A stretch of 64,000 nt of DNA from an uncultured Actinomycetota bacterium (GTDB taxonomy: Bacteria; Actinomycetota; Actinomycetes; Propionibacteriales; Nocardioidaceae). Where the stretch lies: positions 571,512 through 635,511 of the forward strand of contig CAWARQ010000002.1 in the NCBI GenBank assembly GCA_963784545.1, given 5' to 3'. This document shows, piece after piece, positions 1-10,200 of this stretch. A model generated the notes under the pieces. It made no database searches and had not been told where the DNA came from. It worked only from the letters and a program-made list of their open reading frames with translations. The position numbers were made by a program, and so were the translations under genes. Within the stretch, counting starts at the first letter, position 1; each line of letters starts with the position of its first letter.

Positions 1-298
1 AGAAGAACCGCAGCTGCCGCAGCGCCGCGGAGTGGAAGGTGCGGGCCTGGACGCCCGACGCGCCGAGCTGCCGCAGCCGGGTGCGCATCTCGCCGGCCGC
101 GCGAGTGGTGAACGTGACGGCCAGGGTGCTGGCCGGCTCGTAGACTCCGGTGGCCACGCCGTAGGCGATCCGGTGGGTGATCGCCCGGGTCTTGCCCGTG
201 CCGGCCCCGGCGAGCACGCGCACGGGCCCGCGCAGCGCCTCCGCGACCTGCCGCTGCTCGGGGTCGAGCGCGTCGAGCAGCGAGTCGGGGGCGGGCAC
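1..298 (-). CDS. uvrD2: ATP-dependent DNA helicase UvrD2 (N-terminal part, runs off the window)
   Basis: Manual translation from GTG at 298: [47 protein letters not shown]...[11 protein letters not shown] (UvrD motifs Q, I, Ia). TAGGGT -10 lies 7 nt upstream. Order next to mycoredoxin, nudC and adnAB matches the known actinobacterial locus. Confidence 0.9.
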   Translation of the reverse strand, partial: MPAPDSLLDALDPEQRQVAEALRGPVRVLAGAGTGKTRAITHRIAYGVATGVYEPASTLAVTFTTRAAGEMRTRLRQLGASGVQARTFHSAALRQLRFF

Positions 299-328
299 AT
301 CACGAACCCTAGAGGGGCTCGCCGACAC

Positions 329-1324
329 TCAGCTCCGCAGCGCCTCGATCAGCTCGCGCTCCTCCTCGTCGCTCAGGCCGGCCCCTCGTGGATGGTCCTG
401 ACCCTCCTCCCAGGCGAGGACGTCGGCGAAGGTCTCGGCCAGCGGCCGGGAGACCAGCCCCGCGGCCTCGGCGCGCGCGGTGGAGCGGGTGGCGTGCCCG
501 GCGTACTCCTCGCTCGGGAGCCACATCGGCAAGGACCTCGGGCCCATCCACATCCCGACGCCGTGCGCCTCCAGCCACTCGACCGAGGCGGTGGCGAGCG
601 GTCCGTCGTGACCGGCGACCTCGCGGGCCGCCGCCAGGTGCTCGGCGAGCGGCCGGCCGTTGGCCAAGGCGTTGAAGACACCGTGGGTCCCGCGCTCGGC
701 GCTGAGCACCAGCCACTCGGCCAGGTCGCGGACGTCGATCACCGCGGCCGTCCACGTCTGGTCCTCGGGCACCAGCACGGTGCCGTCGGCCGTGGCGGGA
801 TGGGCGAAGCGCCAGGGCCAGTAACCCGTGCGGCCCGAGCGGTCACCCGGCCCGCCGATCAGCCCCGCCCGCGCGACCAGGCTCCGGTCGGGGCCGAGCT
901 TCTGCAGCACCGCGTGCTCACAGGCCACCTTGGCCGCGCCGTAGTCCGCCATCTCGGTCAGCTCGTCCGCCGCGAGCGGCTCGAAGACCCCGGCGTCCTC
1001 GTCGGCTCCGGGGACCGAGTCGTCGGTGTAGACGCTGACGGTCGAGACGAGCAGGTACCGGTCGGTGGACAGTGCCAGGGCCTCCACCGCCCGCCGCACG
1101 AACCCGGGCTGCGTCCCGATGTCGATCACGGCGTCCCAGGACTCGCCTGCCACCTCGTCGTACGCCGTGGGGCTGGTCCGGTCGGCGACCACGTGCGTGG
1201 CTCCCGCCGGCGGTAGGCCCTGGGTGCCGCGGGCGAGGCAGGTGACGTCGTGGCCGTGGGCCAGGGCCGCCTCGGCGACTGCTCGACCGACGAACGCGGT
1301 GCCGCCGAGGACCAGGATGCGCAT
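329..1324 (-). CDS. NAD-dependent epimerase/dehydratase family protein (extended SDR)
   Basis: N-terminal Rossmann motif LVLGGTAFVG and YGAAK (YxxxK); 331 aa. Confidence 0.85.
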   Translation of the reverse strand: MRILVLGGTAFVGRAVAEAALAHGHDVTCLARGTQGLPPAGATHVVADRTSPTAYDEVAGESWDAVIDIGTQPGFVRRAVEALALSTDRYLLVSTVSVYTDDSVPGADEDAGVFEPLAADELTEMADYGAAKVACEHAVLQKLGPDRSLVARAGLIGGPGDRSGRTGYWPWRFAHPATADGTVLVPEDQTWTAAVIDVRDLAEWLVLSAERGTHGVFNALANGRPLAEHLAAAREVAGHDGPLATASVEWLEAHGVGMWMGPRSLPMWLPSEEYAGHATRSTARAEAAGLVSRPLAETFADVLAWEEGQDHPRGAGLSDEEERELIEALRS

Positions 1325-1347
1325 GGGTCATCCAAGCACCGCGCCCG

Positions 1348-1374
1348 GGAATGTCGCGGGGGTCCGGGAGGTTG
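1348..1374 (+). promoter_or_regulatory. SigR/SigH-type ECF promoter for mycoredoxin
   Basis: GGAAT (1348-1352), exactly 18 nt, then GTTG (1371-1374). Matches the established GGAAT-N18-GTT consensus; ATG at 1382. Confidence 0.8.
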
Positions 1375-1381
1375 TTCACTC

Positions 1382-1636
1382 ATGGCTGATTCGCAATTCA
1401 CGATGTACTCCACGCCGTGGTGTGGCTACTGCCACCGCCTCAAGGGGCAGCTGGACCGGGAGGGCATCACCTACGAGGTCGTCGACATCGAGCAGCAGCC
1501 GGAGGCCGCCTCGATCGTCGAGTCCGCGAACAACGGCAACCAGACCGTCCCGACCCTGGTCTACTCCGACGGCACCGCGCAGACGAACCCGTCGCTGGCG
1601 CAGGTGAAGGAGAAGCTCACCGCCCTCGCGAGCTGA
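1382..1636 (+). CDS. mrx1: Mycoredoxin (glutaredoxin-like, CGYC)
   Basis: MADSQFTMYSTPWCGYCHRLK...NGNQTVPT; 84 aa from ATG 1382; expected position beside uvrD2. Confidence 0.9.
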   Translation: MADSQFTMYSTPWCGYCHRLKGQLDREGITYEVVDIEQQPEAASIVESANNGNQTVPTLVYSDGTAQTNPSLAQVKEKLTALAS

Positions 1637-1651
1637 CCCGTCACCACCTGC

Positions 1652-1684
1652 GCTGACCCGGCAGAACTTTTCTGCCGGGTCGGC
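1652..1684. terminator. Probable bidirectional terminator hairpin between convergent mrx1 and nudC
   Basis: GCTGACCCGGCAGAA-CTT-TTCTGCCGGGTCGGC: 15-bp stem with one G-U pair, followed by degenerate copies of the right arm. Confidence 0.6.
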
Positions 1685-1714
1685 GATTTTTCTGCCGGGC
1701 CGGCGATATCTGCC

Positions 1715-1765
1715 GGGCTCTGCCTACCAGCCCGACCCGGGCTCTGCCTACCAGCCCGACCCGGG
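1715..1765. repeat. Perfect 24-bp tandem duplication covering the nudC stop codon
   Basis: GGGCTCTGCCTACCAGCCCGACCC occurs at 1715-1738 and 1739-1762. Confidence 0.9.
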
Positions 1766-2644
1766 CAGGGGGGCGCCGTACCAGTCGATCAACAGCGACG
1801 AGCTGATCGAGACCCCCTGCGGGACCTTGATCTCGCCGTCGGCGACCGCGCGCTCGAAGTCGCTGCGCGCGAACCAGCGCGCCTCGGCGATCTCCGAGCC
1901 GTCGACCTCGATCTCCGTCGATTCGGCGTGCGCGACGAACCCGACCATCAGGCTGGCCGGCAGCGGCCACGGCTGGTTGCCGAAGTAGTCGACACGTCCC
2001 ACCGGGACGCCGACCTCCTCCATCACCTCCCGGCGTACGGCGTCCTCGAAGGTCTCTCCCGGCTCGACGAACCCGGCCAGAGTCGACCAGCGGTCCGGCG
2101 GCCAGACGCGCTGGCGGCCGAGCAGGATCGACTCCCCGTGGACGACGGCCATGATCACGGCCGGATCCGTCCGCGGGAACTGCGCCTTGCCGCACTGCGT
2201 GCACCGCAGCTCGTGCCCGGCCGCCTGCAGCTCGAGCCCACCGCCGCAGCGCGGGCAGTAGCGGGTCGCCCACAGCCACTCGGCCAGGCCCACGGCGTGG
2301 AAGAGCCAGGGCGCGTCCTCCCCGCCGTCCGTGAGGTAGGCGAACGCCCCGCGCAGCGACGTCCACTCGTCGTCCCCCGCCGCCTCGTCCGGGTCGACGA
2401 CGACGGCGAACCTGGTCACTCCCTCGCGTTCGCCCAGGAGGATCCGACGCCCCTCCGGCGCCTCGGAGGGGGCGACCCACTCCGGCGTACCGCCCACGAG
2501 TCGCAGGCGGGTGCCCGCCACCACGAGCACGAGCGTCGACGGATCGGCCCAACGCTCGGCCAGCCATGCGTCGTCGGTACGCCGCAGACCCTCGCGGTTG
2601 TGGGCGTGGGAGGACAGAGCGACGTGTGGGAGTTCGCGATCCAC
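1748..2644 (-). CDS. nudC: NAD(+)/NADH diphosphatase NudC
   Basis: Zn-ribbon CPRCG...CTQCG, FPRTDPAVI, Nudix box GFVEPGETFEDAVRREVMEEVG, QPWPLPASLM. Start set to GTG 2644 (TAGCCT -10 is 7 nt upstream). The longer ORF-track extension is antisense to deoD. Confidence 0.92.
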   Translation of the reverse strand: MDRELPHVALSSHAHNREGLRRTDDAWLAERWADPSTLVLVVAGTRLRLVGGTPEWVAPSEAPEGRRILLGEREGVTRFAVVVDPDEAAGDDEWTSLRGAFAYLTDGGEDAPWLFHAVGLAEWLWATRYCPRCGGGLELQAAGHELRCTQCGKAQFPRTDPAVIMAVVHGESILLGRQRVWPPDRWSTLAGFVEPGETFEDAVRREVMEEVGVPVGRVDYFGNQPWPLPASLMVGFVAHAESTEIEVDGSEIAEARWFARSDFERAVADGEIKVPQGVSISSSLLIDWYGAPLPGSGW

Positions 2645-2663
2645 GTGTGTGAGGCTAACGCTC

Positions 2664-2723
2664 GTGATCTCACCCCACTCGACCGCTCGCTTCGCTCGTG
2701 CTCTCGCGGGGACCCCGAAATGA
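2664..2723 (+). repeat. REP-like element (CTCGCTTCGCTCG core) directly upstream of deoD
   Basis: Core at 2686-2698 is shared with the elements at 10482-10562, 17991-18148 and about 18165-18205. Confidence 0.6.
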
Positions 2724-3421
2724 GCACCCACATCGGCGCCGCCTCCGGCGACATCGCCCCCACCGTCCTCCTCCCAGGCGACCCTCTGCGCGCCAAGTGG
2801 ATCGCGGAGAACTTCCTCGACGACGCCCGCTGCTACAGCGAGGTCCGCGGGATGCTCGGCTACACCGGCACCTGGAACGGCCAGCCGGTCTCGGTCCAGG
2901 GCTCGGGCATGGGCCAGCCGTCGATGGCGATCTACGTCAACGAGCTCTTCAAGGACTACGACGTCCAGAGCATCGTGCGAGTGGGCTCCTGCGGCGCGCT
3001 GACCGAGGACGTCGCGATCCGCGACCTGGTGATCGCCGTCGGCGCCTGCACCGACTCCTCGATGAACGACATCGCCTTCGAGGGGCTGCACTACGCGCCG
3101 GTGGCCGACTTCGCCCTCCTCCGGGACGCGGCAGCGGCGGCGCCCGAGGCGCACGTCGGCCTGATCTTCTCCTCCGACTCCTTCTACCCCGCACGGCCCG
3201 AGCTGATGAGCCGGATGGTCGAGCACGGCGTGCTGGCGGTGGAGATGGAGGCGGCGGGGCTCTACACGCTGGCGAAGAAGTACGGGCGGAAGGCGCTCGC
3301 GATCTGCACCGTCTCCGACCACATCGTCACCGGCGAGGAGACGACCGCGCAGGAGCGCGAGCAGACCTTCGAGAGGATGATCGACGTCGCGCTCACGGCT
3401 GCGCTGGGTCAGCCGGAGTAA
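2720..3421 (+). CDS. deoD: Purine-nucleoside phosphorylase, DeoD type
   Basis: MSTHIGAASGDIAPTVLLPGDPLRAKWIAE, GSGMGQPS, RVGSCG, VEMEAAGLY; 233 aa from ATG 2720. Confidence 0.93.
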   Translation: MSTHIGAASGDIAPTVLLPGDPLRAKWIAENFLDDARCYSEVRGMLGYTGTWNGQPVSVQGSGMGQPSMAIYVNELFKDYDVQSIVRVGSCGALTEDVAIRDLVIAVGACTDSSMNDIAFEGLHYAPVADFALLRDAAAAAPEAHVGLIFSSDSFYPARPELMSRMVEHGVLAVEMEAAGLYTLAKKYGRKALAICTVSDHIVTGEETTAQEREQTFERMIDVALTAALGQPE

Positions 3422-4068
3422 GGCACCTCGCTCGTCCACGCGTCGTCGTCGGGTCGCGTGGCGGCAGCGTGGATGGCCTCGGCGACCTTGTCCGGCGTGA
3501 ACGGCCCCTCCTTGCCGAGGGTGCCGCGGACGGTGACGCTCACGGCCCGGATGCCGTCGTCCTTGAGCGTCGCGTCGATCGAGTGCACGAGGTTGCGGAG
3601 GCCGGCCTTCTGGATGCCGAGGCTGGCGGCCTGGTTCCAGGGCTCGTCGGCGGCCATGCTGCCGGTCGCTGTGACCCGGCCGCCCTGGCTCATGAACGGC
3701 CGCGCCGCCTGCAGGGTCGTGAGCAGCCCGCCGACACCGAGGGTGACGTCCTCGAGCAGCTCCGCGACCGTCAGTGAGAGCGGGTCCTTCTCCCGGAAGG
3801 CGCTGGGATTGAAGTGCAGGACGTCGATGCGTTCGGTGTGCTCGCCGAAGCGTCGTACGGCGGCCCGGGTGGCGTGCTCGTCGGTGATGTCGGCGACCGC
3901 GTGACCGACGGCCACGCCTCGTGGCTCCAGGTCGGCGGCCAGGTCGTCGAGGACGGTCTGGTCCGCGCCAAGCAGCGCCACGTCGTACCCGTCGTCGGCG
4001 AACCTCCGGGCCACCGACCCGCTCACGCCTGGGCCGGCCCCGACGACCAGGATCACTGGGTTGCTCAT
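3409..4068 (-). CDS. Short-chain dehydrogenase/reductase
   Basis: VVGAGPGVSG Rossmann motif; 219 aa; TAGCCT -10 is 6 nt upstream; 3' end overlaps deoD by 13 nt. Confidence 0.8.
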   Translation of the reverse strand: MSNPVILVVGAGPGVSGSVARRFADDGYDVALLGADQTVLDDLAADLEPRGVAVGHAVADITDEHATRAAVRRFGEHTERIDVLHFNPSAFREKDPLSLTVAELLEDVTLGVGGLLTTLQAARPFMSQGGRVTATGSMAADEPWNQAASLGIQKAGLRNLVHSIDATLKDDGIRAVSVTVRGTLGKEGPFTPDKVAEAIHAAATRPDDDAWTSEVPYSG

Positions 4069-4090
4069 GGGTGGAGGCTAACCCGGCCGA

Positions 4091-7000
4091 TCAGCCGGGC
4101 AGCAGGGCGATCAGCTCGTCCCGGCCCGGTAGCTCGCCTGGCTCCACCAGGTCGTCGGTGCGGACGTAGTAGAACGCCGCCCGCACGCGATCCGGATCCA
4201 CTTCGTGCAGCTCGGCCCAGGCCTGGCGGTAGATCGCCAGCTGGAGCGGGTCGGCGGACTGGGTGCGATTCGTCTTCCAGTCGACGACCAGGAACGAGCC
4301 GTCCTCCTCCCGGTACACGGCGTCGATCCGGCCACGGATCACCTGCCCGTCGAGGACGAGCGAGAACGGTGCCTCCACGGCGTACGGCGCCCGCTCGCCG
4401 AACTGGCCGGCCTCGAACCGCGCGATCACCTCGCGCAGCTCGTCGTCGGAGTCGATGCCCGTGTCGGCCCGGCCCGGGACGTCGTCGTAGTCGATGAGGT
4501 CCTGCTGGCCGAAGCGCGACTCGACCCAGCCGTGGAACCGCGTGCCGAAGCGGGCCGCCGGCATCGGCTCGCGGGGCATCGGCCGGGCTAGCTCCCGGGC
4601 GAACGCCTCGGGATCGGACTCCAGGCGGGCCAGCCCGGTGGCGGACAGGCTCTCGGGCAGCGGAACGGCGACGTCGTGCGACCGGGTGCTCCTGGCCTCC
4701 CGCACGAGCCGGGCGAGCTCCTCGTCCCACTCGGCGACGAGGGCGGCCTGCACCATGTCCAGGCCCTCGTCGGGCGCGGTGGGGTCGGCGGACCGCACCA
4801 GGTCGGCGGCCGCAAGCCGACGGCGCGCCTCCTCGCCCTGCCCGGTCGGCGGCCACGGTCGGGACTGGTCGACCTCGTCGTTCGGGTTGGGCTGCTTGCC
4901 CTCCGGCTTGTCGAGCCAGTGCTCGACCGGCTCGCCCCACTCCTCGAGCTGGTCGCGGACCACGCGCTGGTAGTGCGAGGGTCCGAACGCGGAGGTCCGG
5001 TCACCCCAGACGTACGACGTCACCGCGAGGTGGTGCGCGGCGCGGGTGAACGCGACGTACCCGAGCCGCAGCTCCTCCTCGGCGTCGTGCGCTCGCGTGT
5101 CCATCCGATAGGCGTCCAGCGCCGCCTTGTCGTAGCCCTGGAGGGCGGGCTGGTCGGCCCGGTCGCCGCGCAGCGGGGCCGGCAGCACGGCCGGGGAGGA
5201 GGTCCACAGCGTGCGCGACCGCCCGCTGGGGAACCGGGTCTCCCCCACGCCGACGCAGAACACGTGGGCCCACTCGAGGCCCTTCGCCCGGTGGACCGTC
5301 AGGAGCTTGACCGAGTCAGCGGCGGTCGGAGTCGCCACGTCCAGCCCGTTGCCCTGGCTGTCCTCGGCGGTCAGGTAGGCGAGCAGCGCGGGGAGCGTGA
5401 CGTCCCCGTCGACCGACTGGAACTCCGCCACCGCCTTCACGAACAGGTCGACGTTGTCGCGCCGGGCCGCCGCCGCGGTGGAGGTGGCCGAGGCGAGCTC
5501 GACGTCGACCCCGGTGGTGTCGATGATCCGGCGGACCAGCTCCAGCAGCGGCTCGCCCACGTGACCGCGCAGCCGACGGAGCTCGGTGGCGAGGAGCCCG
5601 AACCGCTCGAGGGCCTCGGCGGAGTACGTCGCCTCCCCCGGTGACTCGAGCGCGTCGTTGAGCGCGGGCAGCTCCGTGGGCTCGATGCCGTCGGCGATCT
5701 GCAGCAGCTGGTCGGCGACCGAGGCCGCCGCCTTCCGACCGCGAGCACCGGAGATCTCGGCCGCGCGCAGCGCGAGCAGCCGCAGGTCTCGGGGACCGAT
5801 GGCCCAGCGGGCTCCGGTGAGCAGGGTGAGCATCGAGGGATTGGCGGTGACGTCGTGCAGCAGCGTGAGCGTGGCGACGATCTCGGCGACCTCGGGCAGC
5901 CGGATCAGCCCGGAGAGCCCGACGATCTCGACCGGGACGTCGACGCTCGTGAGCACGTCGTACACCTCCTCGGCCTGGGCGTTGTCGCGCGACAGCACGC
6001 CGATGTCCGACCACGCGGCTCCCCCGTCATGGGCGGCCCGGACGGCCTGCGCCAGCCACTCCAGCTCCTCCGCGGCCCGCTCGAACACCAGGGTCTCCAC
6101 CGTGCCCTCCCCGGCGTCCTCGGCCGGTTGCAGGCGGGCGACCTTGTCGCCGAACCGCTCCAGCAACGGCTCGGCGAGCCGGTTGGCGACCTCGAGGATC
6201 CGTCGGTCCGAGCGCCGGTTGATCGTCAGTGGCAGGCGGTGGACCCGGCCGTCGGCCGCCGGGAAGGTCTCGTCGAAGTTCAAGATGTTGGAGACCGAGG
6301 CTCCGCGCCAGCCGTAGATCGCCTGGTTGGGGTCGCCGACCGCCATGACCGGGTGCCCCCCGGAGAACAGCCGGGCCAGCATCGTGGCCTGGGCGACCGA
6401 GGTGTCCTGGTACTCGTCGAGCAGCACGACCCGGAACCGCTCCCGCTCGAGCGCCCCCACCTCCGGCTGCTCCTCGACCAGCCGGGCCGCCAGCTCGATC
6501 TGGTCGCCGAAGTCCATGAGGCCGAGGTCGGCCTTGAGCCGGCGGTAGCCGGCCACCAGCTGGAGCAGCTCGGAGCGACGGTCGATGGCGTGGACCGCCT
6601 TGCCGATCGCCTCCAGGTAGGTCTTGCGCGCCTTGCCCGCCTCCTCCTCGGCGTACGCCGCGGCGAACCCGGCGCGCGCCTCGGCATCGACGGCGCGGAC
6701 GTCGGCCTCGGAGGCGAGGTGCTCGCTCATCGCACCGTCGAGGGCGAGGAGGTTCTGGATCGCGGTGGCCGGATGGTCGGTCAGGGACTCGATGTGACCG
6801 GTGAACCGCTCGATCACCCGCGCACCGAGCTGGTAGCGCGAGGCGTCGGTGATGACCCGGGTGTCCGGCTCGTGCCCGATCCGCAGGCCGTGGTCGGTCA
6901 ACAGGGTGGCGGCGTAGGCGTGATAGGTGGCGACGGTGGGCTCGAGCACGTCCTCGCCCTCCACGACGACGGACCGGTCGAGCAGGCCGGCGTCGCCGAG

Positions 7001-7273
7001 CGCCCGGGTGATCCGCTGGCGCAGCTCGGCGGCCGCCTTGGTCGTGAAGGTGAGGCCGAGGATCTCCTCGGGCCGCACACGCCCCGTCGCGACCAGCCAC
7101 ACCACCCGCTGGGCCATCAGGGTCGTCTTCCCCGAGCCGGCGCCGGCGACCACGACGGTGGGTCGGAGGTCGGCGGTGATCGCCTGCCACTGCTCGGGGC
7201 TCGCCTGGGGACCGCCCATGAGCGCCTGGAGCTCGGCCGGTGTGTCCACCGCGCGAGTGGTCGTGTCGGTCAC
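4091..7273 (-). CDS. adnB: Helicase-nuclease AdnB (UvrD-like motor plus C-terminal PD-(D/E)xK nuclease)
   Basis: AGAGSGKTT, LDEYQDT, TVHRAKGLEW, YVAFTRA, GRIDAVY...VVDWKT. GTG 7273 overlaps the adnA stop (GTGA). Confidence 0.88.
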   Translation of the reverse strand: MTDTTTRAVDTPAELQALMGGPQASPEQWQAITADLRPTVVVAGAGSGKTTLMAQRVVWLVATGRVRPEEILGLTFTTKAAAELRQRITRALGDAGLLDRSVVVEGEDVLEPTVATYHAYAATLLTDHGLRIGHEPDTRVITDASRYQLGARVIERFTGHIESLTDHPATAIQNLLALDGAMSEHLASEADVRAVDAEARAGFAAAYAEEEAGKARKTYLEAIGKAVHAIDRRSELLQLVAGYRRLKADLGLMDFGDQIELAARLVEEQPEVGALERERFRVVLLDEYQDTSVAQATMLARLFSGGHPVMAVGDPNQAIYGWRGASVSNILNFDETFPAADGRVHRLPLTINRRSDRRILEVANRLAEPLLERFGDKVARLQPAEDAGEGTVETLVFERAAEELEWLAQAVRAAHDGGAAWSDIGVLSRDNAQAEEVYDVLTSVDVPVEIVGLSGLIRLPEVAEIVATLTLLHDVTANPSMLTLLTGARWAIGPRDLRLLALRAAEISGARGRKAAASVADQLLQIADGIEPTELPALNDALESPGEATYSAEALERFGLLATELRRLRGHVGEPLLELVRRIIDTTGVDVELASATSTAAAARRDNVDLFVKAVAEFQSVDGDVTLPALLAYLTAEDSQGNGLDVATPTAADSVKLLTVHRAKGLEWAHVFCVGVGETRFPSGRSRTLWTSSPAVLPAPLRGDRADQPALQGYDKAALDAYRMDTRAHDAEEELRLGYVAFTRAAHHLAVTSYVWGDRTSAFGPSHYQRVVRDQLEEWGEPVEHWLDKPEGKQPNPNDEVDQSRPWPPTGQGEEARRRLAAADLVRSADPTAPDEGLDMVQAALVAEWDEELARLVREARSTRSHDVAVPLPESLSATGLARLESDPEAFARELARPMPREPMPAARFGTRFHGWVESRFGQQDLIDYDDVPGRADTGIDSDDELREVIARFEAGQFGERAPYAVEAPFSLVLDGQVIRGRIDAVYREEDGSFLVVDWKTNRTQSADPLQLAIYRQAWAELHEVDPDRVRAAFYYVRTDDLVEPGELPGRDELIALLPG

Positions 7274-10200
7274 TGGCTGATCACCGACCCTGCGCTCTTG
7301 GCCGGGCAGATGGCGACGAACTGGCACTCGCGGCAGTACGGACCGGCGGTCGCGGGGAAGGTCTCGGCGCGCACCAGCAGGGAGGCACGGGTCAAGCCGA
7401 GCTGCAGGGTCTCCCGCTCGGGGCCATCCTCGGCGTGCGCCGCCTGCGGTTGCACCTTCGCCCCGGTGGAGTCGTCCTCCACGCCGAGCTGGACGAGCTC
7501 GGCACCTCCGGAGCGGGCCGGGCGTCCGAGCTGCTCGTCGACGGCTCCGGTGTCGACGGCGTACTGGTAGAGCGCCAGCTGCAGGTCGCTCTTCACCTGC
7601 GGGCCGGTCGGGGCGCCACGTGAGGTCTTGAAGTCGACGACCACGACGCCCCCGTCGGCGTCCAGCTCCAGCCGGTCGGCGAACCCGACCAGCTCGATCT
7701 CCTGGTCGTCGATCGTGACCGTGCTCGCGAACTTCGCCTCGGCGGCGATCAGCTCGCGCGGGTTGGACTCGTGCCAGGCGACGAAGCGGTCGACGGCCCT
7801 GCGGATCCGCTCGTGCTCGCGGTGTCGCGACCACGGCGTGCGGAAGGCGAGCCGGTCCCAGACGGCGTCGACCTCGGCCATGAGGACGGCCGGGTCGGCC
7901 GGCAGCTCCTGCTTCGCGACGCGTTCGGCGAGGGCGTGCAGGATCTGGCCGAGGTTGGCGGCCTGGTGGGCCAGGGACACTCCCCCGGCCTCACGCTCGA
8001 AGTACCACTGGGCCGGGCAGACGACCATCGACTTCAGCATGCTGGCCGACACCGGCACGGGCCGGCCTGGGTCGCGCACCGGCGTCACGGCACGGGTGGC
8101 GGAACGTGTGCCCCACCAGGAGGACGGGTCGGCCGCGGGCACGAGCGCCCGGCCGTCGACCTCCTCGGCCGCGAGGGCGCCCAGACGGCGCGCCGCCGCC
8201 TCCCGCAACGGCACCGGGGTGGCGGGGTCGGCCGCCGTACGGCGGAGCTCGGCGACCAAGCCGCCCAGGGACAGGGGGCGGGGCGGGCGGCCGTCGCGGT
8301 GCTCGATCGTCACGCCGAGCTCGGCGAGGAAACGGGACGGCTGCTCACCGTCGTCCTCGGGGGACTGCACGGCGGTCACCACCAGCCGCCGGCGGGCCCG
8401 CGTGCAGGCGACGTAGAAGAGCCGGCGCTCCTCCATCAGCAGGGCGCGGGCGCTGGGCGGCTCCACCAGCTGCGCGCGACCGTCGGCGTGCAGGCCGATG
8501 CGGTCGGCACCGAGCAGTGACGTCCGTCGGCGTACGTCGGGCCAGCCCTCCTGCTGGACGTGCGCGACCACGACCAGCTCCCACTCGAGTCCCTTCGAGC
8601 GGTGGGCGGTGAGGAGCCGGACCGCTGACCCGCGCACCCCCTTCTCGGCCAGGGTGTCGGCCGGGATCTGCTGGGCCGAGAGCGAGGCGAGGAAGTCCGC
8701 GACACCGACGTGCTCGCGCTGCTCGGCGGCCCGCCCGGCCAGGTCGAACAGCGCCACGACCGAGTCGAGGTCGCGGTGGGCCCGGCGCGCCGACGCGCCG
8801 CCCGCCTCCACCTGGTCGCGCAGCCGGCGCGGCCAGGAGGTGCCGTTCCAGAGGTGCCAGATCAGGTCCTCGGCACCGGCGCCCCCGATGAGCAGGTCGG
8901 CCCCGGACCGCAGCAGGCCGGCGAGCCGCGCGGCCCGCTCGGTCTCCGGGCCGGAGAGGCCGTCGAGGAAGCCGTGCTGGACGACGGCGAGGCGCAGCAG
9001 CTCGCGCGACGGGCGAGGCCCGGATGTGGGTGGCTGGGCCTTGTCCCGGGCGCGCAGCCGACGGACGAGGGCTCGGAGGTCGCTGGCGTCCAGCCCGCCC
9101 AGCGGCGACAGCAGCAGGCCCTCGATCCGGCCAGGGTCGAGGTAACCGGAGTCGTCAGGATCGTGGTTGTCGAGGTTCACCACAGCGCGGACGGCGTCCA
9201 GCAGCGGCCGCACCGCCGGGTCGAGCACGAGCGGCAGGTCGTCGCCAGCGATCTCGACCGGGACGCCCGCCGCCGCGAGCGCGCGGCGCAGGGCGGGAAG
9301 GGTGGCGCGGCCGGAGCGCACCAGCACGGCCATGTCGTGCCACGCCAGGCCGTCCTCGAGGTGCGCCCGGCGGAGCAGGTCCCCGACGCGCTCGGCCTCG
9401 GCCCGCTCGGTGTCGAAGGTGAACACCTCGACCCGGCCGTCACCGTGCGGCCCCGGCTCAGCCAAGGGCTCGGCGAACGCGGCTCGGTCGGTGGGATCGA
9501 TGCTGCCGGTGAGGGTGAGGCGCTCGGCGACCCGGCCGGCCGCGAGCATCAGCCGGGGACCGAACCTCCGCGTGCGCCGCAGCACCACGACGGGGGCCTT
9601 GCTGCCGTCGGGGGCCGGGAACTGAACCGGGAAGTCGAGGATGCCGCGGACCTCGGCGCCCCGGAACCCGTAGATCGACTGGTGGGGGTCGCCGACCACG
9701 ACGAGGTTGCGGCCGTCCCCCGCCAGCGCACGCAGCAGGGCGACCTGGCCCGGGTCGGTGTCCTGGTACTCGTCCACGAAGACGTGGCTGAACTGCCGCC
9801 GCAGGTCCTCGCGGTGCGTCTCGGCCTCGATCACGGCGCGGCGGATGAGGTCGGGGTAGTCGGTCGCGCCGAGGTTGTCGAGGATCGTGAGGTACTGCTC
9901 GAGGAAGCGCCCCGCCGCGAGGAACTCCGGGACGCCGTCCTCACCGAGCCCGATCAGCCCGCCGGGGTCGAGCCCCTTCTCCCGGGCGCGGGCGAGCACC
10001 GCCTGCACCTCGAGGGCGAAGCCGCGCGTGCCCAGCGCGCGTTGGAGCTGCTCGGGCCAGGTGATCGACTCGGGGTTGTCGGTGAGCAGGGCACGCAGCA
10101 CCACGTCGGCCTCGGGCGCCGACAGCAGCCGCAACGGGGCGTCGTACAGCTCGCGGGGGCTGGAGGAACGGACGAGCCCATAGGCGAAGGAGTGGAACGT

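Noticed and set aside
3409-3421. Convergent 13-nt overlap of deoD and the SDR as an antisense system
   Set aside because: Short 3' overlaps are common in compact GC-rich genomes, and there is no other supporting signal.
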